Assembly (NCBI GenBank): GCA_963828965.1
Contig: CAWHGL010000002.1
Coordinates: forward strand, 386,714-450,713
From: an uncultured Chloroflexia bacterium
Lineage (GTDB): Bacteria; Chloroflexota; Limnocylindria; Limnocylindrales; CSP1-4
Length of the DNA: 64,000 bases
Direction of reading: 5' to 3'
A program made the translations under genes and the position numbers. This document shows, one piece after another, positions 58,594 through 64,000 of the stretch (position 1 is its first letter; each line of letters begins with the position of its first letter). The notes below the pieces were generated by a model. That model searched no databases. It was given only the letters and a program-made list of their open reading frames with translations, and had not been told where the DNA came from.

Positions 58594-59872
58594 CCGCCAA
58601 CGACCCGCTGTTCGACCAGCGCATCAGCGACTGGCTGGAGGCCGACCCGGACCAGGCGCCGCCGGTCGTCCTGGAGACGATCGTGGCTGCCTTCCCGTCG
58701 ATCCCGCAACGGCGCCGGACCCGATCCTTGCCGCGCGCCGGCAGCTCATGGCGGACCAGGGTCGTCTGGATCGCGGCGGTGGTCGCACTCGCGCTGATTG
58801 CCCTTGCCCTGCTGAGCGGGGTCGGGCGGACGCCTCGCCCCACCAGGACCGTGCCATCAGCACCCGTCGCGGTGGCTCCGGTCCCCTCGACATCCTCCCC
58901 GCGCCCCAGACCGACCCCGACCGTGTCGCCCCTCCAGGGGACCGGCCTGATCGTCTTCGAACATTTCACGTCTGGACTCGGCACGCGGATCGAGTTCCTG
59001 CAGGCGAATGGCCTCGGCAAGGAGCTGCTTCCGGACATCCCGGGCCACCAGGAGCGCCCGGCCTGGCGGCCGGACGGCACGAAGCTCGCGTTCGCCGGCT
59101 GGGATCCGCAAGTCGAAGGTGCTCGCCAGGCGATCTGGGAGTCGGACGCCACCGGGGCGAGTCCGACGCTCCTGACGGTCGGCTGCGAGCCACCGGTCTG
59201 TGTCGAGGAGTGGGATCCGTCCTATGCCGTCGATGGCACGCGGATGGTCTTCGTGCGCAGTGCGGGTCCGGCTGACGCGCCCGACCTCGACGGTCATCGC
59301 CATCCGCGACCTCGCGACCGGGGCGGTGCAGGAGATCGAGTCGACGCGGGTCGATGAGAGCGAGGGCTTCGTCGATCATCCGAGCCTGTCGCCGGATGGT
59401 CGTCGCATCGTCTATGCCCGCATCCTCACCGATGCGGACGGCAGCGCGACCGACGCATCCGTCCTCGTCGCCGACGTCGACGGCGGTGACCCCACGGCGC
59501 TGACGCCCGATGGCTGGGAGGCCGGCGACCCGTCCTGGTCACCGGACGGCCAGCGGATCCTCTTCGACCGCGAGCCCACCCACTACTGGTTCGGCGGCGG
59601 CAAGGGTAGTGGTGAGAACACGTTCATCTACACGATGGCTCCGGACGGTTCTCAGGTGACCCAGCTCACCGACTACGGCACCGACTTCGATTCGGCCGGA
59701 TCGCCGAGCTGGACCGCCGACGGCTCGCAGATCCTGTTCGTTGACTTCGCCCTCCAGGCCATCGGAACGCCCGGACATCGACGTCATGGCGCCGGACGGC
59801 ACCGACCGCGCGTCGGTCGCCCGCTACGGAGACTGCTGCCGGTGGTACCCCGTCCAGCAGCCGACGCCATGA
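58590..59872 (+). pseudogene. ECF-sigma-associated single-pass membrane protein with a TolB-like beta-propeller; two frame breaks (approx 59270, 59770)
   Basis: ATGA overlap. N-terminus MTANDPLFDQRISDWLEADPDQAPPVVLETIV...PQRRR, then a TM helix. PD40 repeats (SLSPDGRRIVYA, SWSPDGQRILFD, SWTADGSQILF) in ORF 59200-. The last 34 codons (PDIDVMAPDGTDRA...QQPTP) are in a third frame ending at TGA 59870-59872. Confidence 0.8.
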
Positions 59873-60093
59873 ACGCCCCAGATCGAGCCATTCGACCGTT
59901 GGAGCCACGATCCGGGGGCCCGTGATCCGCGACGATCGGATCTCTTCTGCCATCGCCGACACGGTCGTGGCCGTCGACCAGCGACCGCCGGCCGCACTGC
60001 AAGCCCACCTGCTCGCGCCTCGCGTCTTCGCGCGCGGCGCGTCGCCAGAACGCGCTCCATCCAGGGCGCCAAGTTCATGGAGGGATGATCCCA

Positions 60094-61101
60094 ATGGCAT
60101 CCACGTCAGCGGTCCATGCGCCACGGATCCGCAGTGTGGTGGCGCTCGCGCTCATCGCGCTGTCGATGCTGCCCGGTCAGGCCGCCGCGGCACGCGGCTC
60201 CATCGTCAAGGTCTATGGACAGGACATCTATTGCCCGATCGATACTCCCGATGCAGGCGGATACTTCTTCGCGATCACGCGGGACCGGACCGATGGGGCC
60301 GGCTTTGCTTCCGCCGATCTGTACATCGAGCCGACCGATCCGAACGCTGCGGCCATCGGTGGCGGGATGGACGACCCTGACCTGTCGAGCGGCGGGATCC
60401 AGGCGACGTTCGAGATGCGCGATGCCAGCACGGACGAAGGCGTTGGCTCGGCGACCATCTCGGCGACATTCGTCGGGACGGGTGCGTACCGGGCGCGACG
60501 CATCTACCAGGACTCGGTCCAGAAGGGCCTGTACGAAACCTACACGGTCGAGGGATCGATCCAGGTCACGACGACGGGCCCGGACTACACCATCGACATG
60601 GCGAGTTGCGACGCGAGTGGCCAGGATCGCATGGACCAGGTGCACGCTCCAAGCGGCCCTAAGCCATCTGGCACGCCGCCCGCCAACGATGCACCGGCGA
60701 GAGCGACCGCCGTCGCGACCGGCACGCAGATCCAGCAGTGGACCGGGGGTGCCGTCTTCGACCCGGAGGCACCGTGCATCATGGGCGAGGGCGACGACAC
60801 CTTCGAGTTCGGGTTCGGTCGCACCGTCTGGTTTTCGGTGCAGGGCACGGGTGGCCCCATCACGTTTGACCCCCGAGGGTCCGACTTCGACACAGTGGTT
60901 GCCGCGTACGCCGTGACGAGCGGGCTCCAGCAGGTCGGCTGCGTGGACGATGATGCCGACATCCACACTGCCCAGGGTCCGCTGACGTTCGACACCCAGG
61001 CCGGCACGACCTATCTCATCCAGATCGGCGGCGTCCTCGGCCTCCTCGGGTCCGACACGACGGACCCGCAATGGGGGCGCCTCCGACTCAAGGTCGAGTA
61101 G
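60094..61101 (+). CDS. secreted hypothetical protein; the C-terminal about 130 aa resemble a pre-peptidase (PPC)-like beta-sandwich
   Basis: Signal peptide MASTSAVHAPRIRSVVALALIALSMLPGQAAA. GGAGGG lies 9 nt upstream of ATG 60094. The C-terminal pattern is NDAPARATAV...WFSVQGTGG...GSDFDTVVAAY...GCVDDD. The domain call is from memory only. Confidence 0.6.
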   Translation: MASTSAVHAPRIRSVVALALIALSMLPGQAAAARGSIVKVYGQDIYCPIDTPDAGGYFFAITRDRTDGAGFASADLYIEPTDPNAAAIGGGMDDPDLSSGGIQATFEMRDASTDEGVGSATISATFVGTGAYRARRIYQDSVQKGLYETYTVEGSIQVTTTGPDYTIDMASCDASGQDRMDQVHAPSGPKPSGTPPANDAPARATAVATGTQIQQWTGGAVFDPEAPCIMGEGDDTFEFGFGRTVWFSVQGTGGPITFDPRGSDFDTVVAAYAVTSGLQQVGCVDDDADIHTAQGPLTFDTQAGTTYLIQIGGVLGLLGSDTTDPQWGRLRLKVE

Positions 61102-61149
61102 CCGCCGGTCCCGTCCGTCAAGGTCAGGGCCCGCCGGTCGTCGGCACTA

Positions 61150-61181
61150 GACTGGCCTCCTCGCACACGAGGAGGCCAGTC
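61150..61181 (+). promoter_or_regulatory. perfect 14-bp stem / 4-nt loop hairpin that sequesters the hmgA Shine-Dalgarno
   Basis: GACTGGCCTCCTCG-CACA-CGAGGAGGCCAGTC. The right arm contains GAGGAGG and ends 6 nt before ATG 61187. No U tract follows. Confidence 0.7.
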
Positions 61182-61186
61182 GTCCG

Positions 61187-62410
61187 ATGTTCTACGTCGC
61201 CCACGGCAGCATCCCGCCCAAGCGCCATACCCAGCATCGAGCGCCCGACGGCTCGCTCTACGCCGAGGAGCTGTTCGGCGTCGAGGGGTTCACCGGCCGC
61301 AGTTCCCTGCTGTATCACGTGGTCCCGCCGACCCGGACCCACAAGATCGAGCCGGTCGCCGAGCTCGTCCTCGAGGAGGCCGACGACGGCTACCACCACC
61401 ACCGACTGATCGACGCCGCCGGCGTCGAGCCGCATGGCGATGCGGTCACGGGCCGGATCCCGTTGTTCTTCAACAACGATGTCGTGATGGGCGTGGTCCG
61501 CCCCGCCGAGGCGATGCCGGAGACCGTCTTCTACCGCAACGGCGAGTCCGACGAGATGCTCTTCGTCCACGAGGGGACCGGGCTGCTCGACACGGTCTTC
61601 GGGCCGCTTCGGTATGGCCCCGGCGACTACCTCGTCCTCCCGATCGGGACGACCTGGCGGCTGGAGCCCGACGCCGACTCGGTCCAGCGGATGCTCTACC
61701 TCGAGTGCCCGTCCGAGCTCGAACCGCCCAAGCGTTACCGCAACGAGTACGGCCAGCTGCTCGAGCACGCGCCCTTCTGCGCGCGCGACATCCGCATCCC
61801 GGACGAGGTGGCGCCGCGGACCGAGGAGGGCGCCTTCCGGGTCCACGTCAAGATGCGCTCGAGGCTGACCGCCTACCACTACGCGACGCATCCGTTCGAC
61901 GTGGTCGGCTGGGACGGCTATCTGTGGCCATACGCCTTCAACATCGGCGACTTCGAACCGATCACCGGGCGTGTCCACCAGCCGCCGCCGGTCCATCAGA
62001 CGTTCGCGGCGCGCAACTTCGTCGTGTGTTCGTTCGTGCCGCGCAAGTTCGACTACCACCCGCTCGCGATCCCGGCGCCCTACAACCACTCGAACATCAA
62101 CTCGGACGAGGTCATCTACTACGTCGCGGGCAACTTCATGAGCCGCCGCGGCGTGGGCATCAGCTCATTCACCCTGCATCCGGCCGGGATCCCGCACGGC
62201 CCGCACCCCGGCACGGCCGAGGCGTCCATCGGCAAGGAGACGACCGAGGAGCTCGCGGTCATGGTGGACACGTTCCACCCGCTCCGGATCACGCAGCAGG
62301 CGGCCGCTCTGGAAGACGGCCGCTACCCGTATTCGTGGCTGCCGGCCGAGGACGCCTCCGGCGAGGCCCGTGAGCTCCACGAGCGCGGACCGGAGGCGTT
62401 CCCCGACTGA
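61187..62410 (+). CDS. hmgA: homogentisate 1,2-dioxygenase (short, about 400-aa bacterial type)
   Basis: MFYVAHGSIPPKRHTQHR...LYAEELFGVEGFTGRSSLLYH... and the cupin core. Family recognised from the N-terminal and central motifs. Confidence 0.85.
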   Translation: MFYVAHGSIPPKRHTQHRAPDGSLYAEELFGVEGFTGRSSLLYHVVPPTRTHKIEPVAELVLEEADDGYHHHRLIDAAGVEPHGDAVTGRIPLFFNNDVVMGVVRPAEAMPETVFYRNGESDEMLFVHEGTGLLDTVFGPLRYGPGDYLVLPIGTTWRLEPDADSVQRMLYLECPSELEPPKRYRNEYGQLLEHAPFCARDIRIPDEVAPRTEEGAFRVHVKMRSRLTAYHYATHPFDVVGWDGYLWPYAFNIGDFEPITGRVHQPPPVHQTFAARNFVVCSFVPRKFDYHPLAIPAPYNHSNINSDEVIYYVAGNFMSRRGVGISSFTLHPAGIPHGPHPGTAEASIGKETTEELAVMVDTFHPLRITQQAAALEDGRYPYSWLPAEDASGEARELHERGPEAFPD

Positions 62411-62425
62411 CGGTCGACCGTCCGC

Positions 62426-63880
62426 CTACGGGCTCCACGAATAGAAGCGGAGGGCGTACACGTCGTCGACGGTCACGAGCGCGGCCTCGTGGCTGCCGTC
62501 GACAGCGATGACGTACAACCCACTGCCGTCGGCATCGCCGCCCTCGGCCAGGAGCCACTTGGAGTCCGGCGACCAGACGGCGCAGCACGAACCCCCGGTC
62601 AACGACGCGACCTTGTGAGCGTCGCTGCCGTCGGGGTGCGAGATCCACACGTCCCGGATCCCGCCCATCGGCCGAGCGACGTCATGGGCGATCCACTGCC
62701 CGTCGGGCGACCAATGGGCGCTCGTCTTGAAGGACGTCTCGTCGCTGATCGGCGTCGCCTGGCCGGCGGCGACGTCGACGACATACGCCCGGGACGTCGG
62801 ACTGACGCCGTCGCCCGCCTTCGAGAATGCCGAGAAGGCGACACGAGTGCCATCCGGGGACCAGCTGGCCCCGGAGCCGAAGGCCTCGCTCGCGAGGACG
62901 AGGGTGTCGTTCGGATTCAGTCGTCGCGCCTCGCCGGGTCGATAGGTGCCGGCCCCGGATGCGATACCTGCGGTCGTGCCCTTGTCGATGACGTAGAGGT
63001 CGCCGAGCCGGCCGAGCTCGTCCGATATGCCCGAGTCTCGGATGAAGATCAGCTTCGAGCCGTCCGGCGAGAACGCGAGTGGGATGTCCCTCGCGCCGTC
63101 GGGCGCGCCCGTCATCCGGACGAACTCCCCGATCGCCAGGCCGCCCCCGTTGTCGAGCGACAGGTAGATCCCGTCCTTGCGGGGATCCGACTGGGACACG
63201 CCTTCCAGGGCGAAGTCGAAGCCGCCCCACGCGCCGGGGTAGAGCTGGACCCCTGGCGACGCGTTCGGCCCAGTCATCGTGGCCGCGGTCCACGCCTCGG
63301 AGAATCCGCCCGACTGGGGCATGACGGGCGCGAACTGCACGACATCCTGCTCGCCCTCGAAGTCGGACGAGAACATCACGGTCCCGCCATCGGGCGAGAC
63401 GCTCGCACAACAGACCGATGGGGCGTGGATGTCCCGGAGATCGGTGCCGTCCGGGCGGATCGCCAGCAGAGCTGGCCCATCGCCGTTGTCGACCCCGAAC
63501 ACGATCGTGCCGGGGGCGTCGATCCCCGGGTTGCCGGCCGTCACGCCGCGCACCACCGCCGACGGGACCGGGACCGTGACGGATGCGACCGGTGTGGGCA
63601 GTGGCGTGACCGGGATCCGCGCGTCGTCGCCCTTGATGGGTCGGCCGGACGTCATCAGGACGCCACCGATCAGGACGGACACCAGCGCTGCGCCGACGAG
63701 GAGGAGTGCGAACGATCGAGGCCCAGCGAGGCCGCTCGTCCTTCGCGCCCACCATCGGCGGCGCTGGGCAGTTCGGCCGGCCGTGTCGAGGATCGCCTCG
63801 ACCGAGCGGTCGGGAAGCCGATCGATGCCGTCGTCGAACCAGTCTTCGAGGACCGGCGCGAGATCGTCGTTGCGGGTCAT
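62426..63880 (-). CDS. ECF-sigma-associated single-pass membrane protein with a TolB-like beta-propeller, intact
   Basis: ATGA overlap with the sigma stop. N-terminus MTRNDDLAPVLEDWFDDGIDRLPDRSVEAILDTAGRTAQRRRWW, then a TM helix. PD40 repeats (AFSPDGSKLIF, SWSPDGTRVAF, HWSPDGQWIAH, VWSPDSKWLLA). Confidence 0.85.
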   Translation of the reverse strand: MTRNDDLAPVLEDWFDDGIDRLPDRSVEAILDTAGRTAQRRRWWARRTSGLAGPRSFALLLVGAALVSVLIGGVLMTSGRPIKGDDARIPVTPLPTPVASVTVPVPSAVVRGVTAGNPGIDAPGTIVFGVDNGDGPALLAIRPDGTDLRDIHAPSVCCASVSPDGGTVMFSSDFEGEQDVVQFAPVMPQSGGFSEAWTAATMTGPNASPGVQLYPGAWGGFDFALEGVSQSDPRKDGIYLSLDNGGGLAIGEFVRMTGAPDGARDIPLAFSPDGSKLIFIRDSGISDELGRLGDLYVIDKGTTAGIASGAGTYRPGEARRLNPNDTLVLASEAFGSGASWSPDGTRVAFSAFSKAGDGVSPTSRAYVVDVAAGQATPISDETSFKTSAHWSPDGQWIAHDVARPMGGIRDVWISHPDGSDAHKVASLTGGSCCAVWSPDSKWLLAEGGDADGSGLYVIAVDGSHEAALVTVDDVYALRFYSWSP

Positions 63881-64000
63881 GCTGGTCGACCTCCCGCCAC
63901 GGCAAGGCGTGCGTCGGCCTCGAGGGCCGCGCGAAGCTCGCGGTGGGCGTAATGCAGGCGGGAACGGACGGTCCCGGCCGGGATGCCGAGGACCTCGGCG
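63877..64000 (-). CDS. ECF RNA polymerase sigma-70 factor, 3' end only (runs off the right edge)
   Basis: The minus-strand translation is AEVLGIPAGTVRSRLHYAHRELRAALEADARLAVAGGRPA*, which has the same region 4.2 as the other five sigma factors. Confidence 0.85.
   Translation of the reverse strand, partial: AEVLGIPAGTVRSRLHYAHRELRAALEADARLAVAGGRPA

Noticed and set aside
60085-60093. ATG at 60085 as the start of the secreted protein.
   Set aside because: The GGAGGG SD abuts this ATG with no spacing. It is 9 nt from the in-frame ATG at 60094, which also gives a cleaner signal peptide.
62409-62422. Palindrome GACGGTCGACCGTC between the convergent hmgA and partner genes, as a bidirectional terminator. 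Similar short GC stems occur at 41057-41075 and 35133-35153.
   Set aside because: The stems are only 5-7 bp and have no U tracts. Such sequences are expected by chance in this GC-rich DNA.

Overview
Very GC-rich chromosomal segment (by eye about 70 percent GC; third codon positions are almost always G/C). It looks like a high-GC Terrabacteria organism, Actinomycetota- or Chloroflexota-like, but I cannot assign it from sequence alone. I support about 70 protein genes and one tRNA (initiator tRNA-fMet with an intrinsic terminator). I saw no rRNA, CRISPR array, transposase or integrase.

Gene content, left to right:
- MocR-type regulator
- GAF histidine kinase with an OmpR-type regulator
- ppc
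- DrrAB-like exporter operon that continues into a peptidase S51 gene and a class V aminotransferase gene
- two MFS transporters
- aa3-type cytochrome oxidase operon (ctaC-ctaD-ctaE, a subunit-IV-like gene, a membrane cupredoxin, a TlpA-like thioredoxin, an ABC exporter), with ctaG divergent from it
- potADBC-like polyamine importer
- cupredoxin lipoprotein followed by a 7Fe ferredoxin
- proC
- DinB-fold proteins
- S9 peptidase
- NarL-type two-component system followed by a block of membrane proteins
- the homogentisate pathway genes hppD, an FAH-family hydrolase and hmgA, which are not adjacent
- a class III nucleotide cyclase

Most notable observations:
1. Six paralogous ECF sigma / single-pass partner gene pairs. 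Every pair has an ATGA stop-start overlap. The partners share a Cys/His-free N-terminal module. The five visible sigma upstream regions share a GAACGTTC-type -35 and CATAG -10 motif.
2. A terminal oxidase whose subunit II carries a C-terminal blue-copper (cupredoxin) domain instead of a cytochrome c domain. A second cupredoxin is fused to an internally duplicated membrane protein in the same operon.
3. Two unannotated peptide ORFs of 31-33 codons that both end in GRRW[NG]P.
4. A perfect 14-bp hairpin that buries the hmgA Shine-Dalgarno.

Major caveat: at least 30 frame breaks interrupt otherwise well-conserved genes, including ppc and proC. Some sit at short G runs and they are strongly clustered. 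I label such genes pseudogene because they are not translatable as given, but most are more likely assembly indels than real decay.
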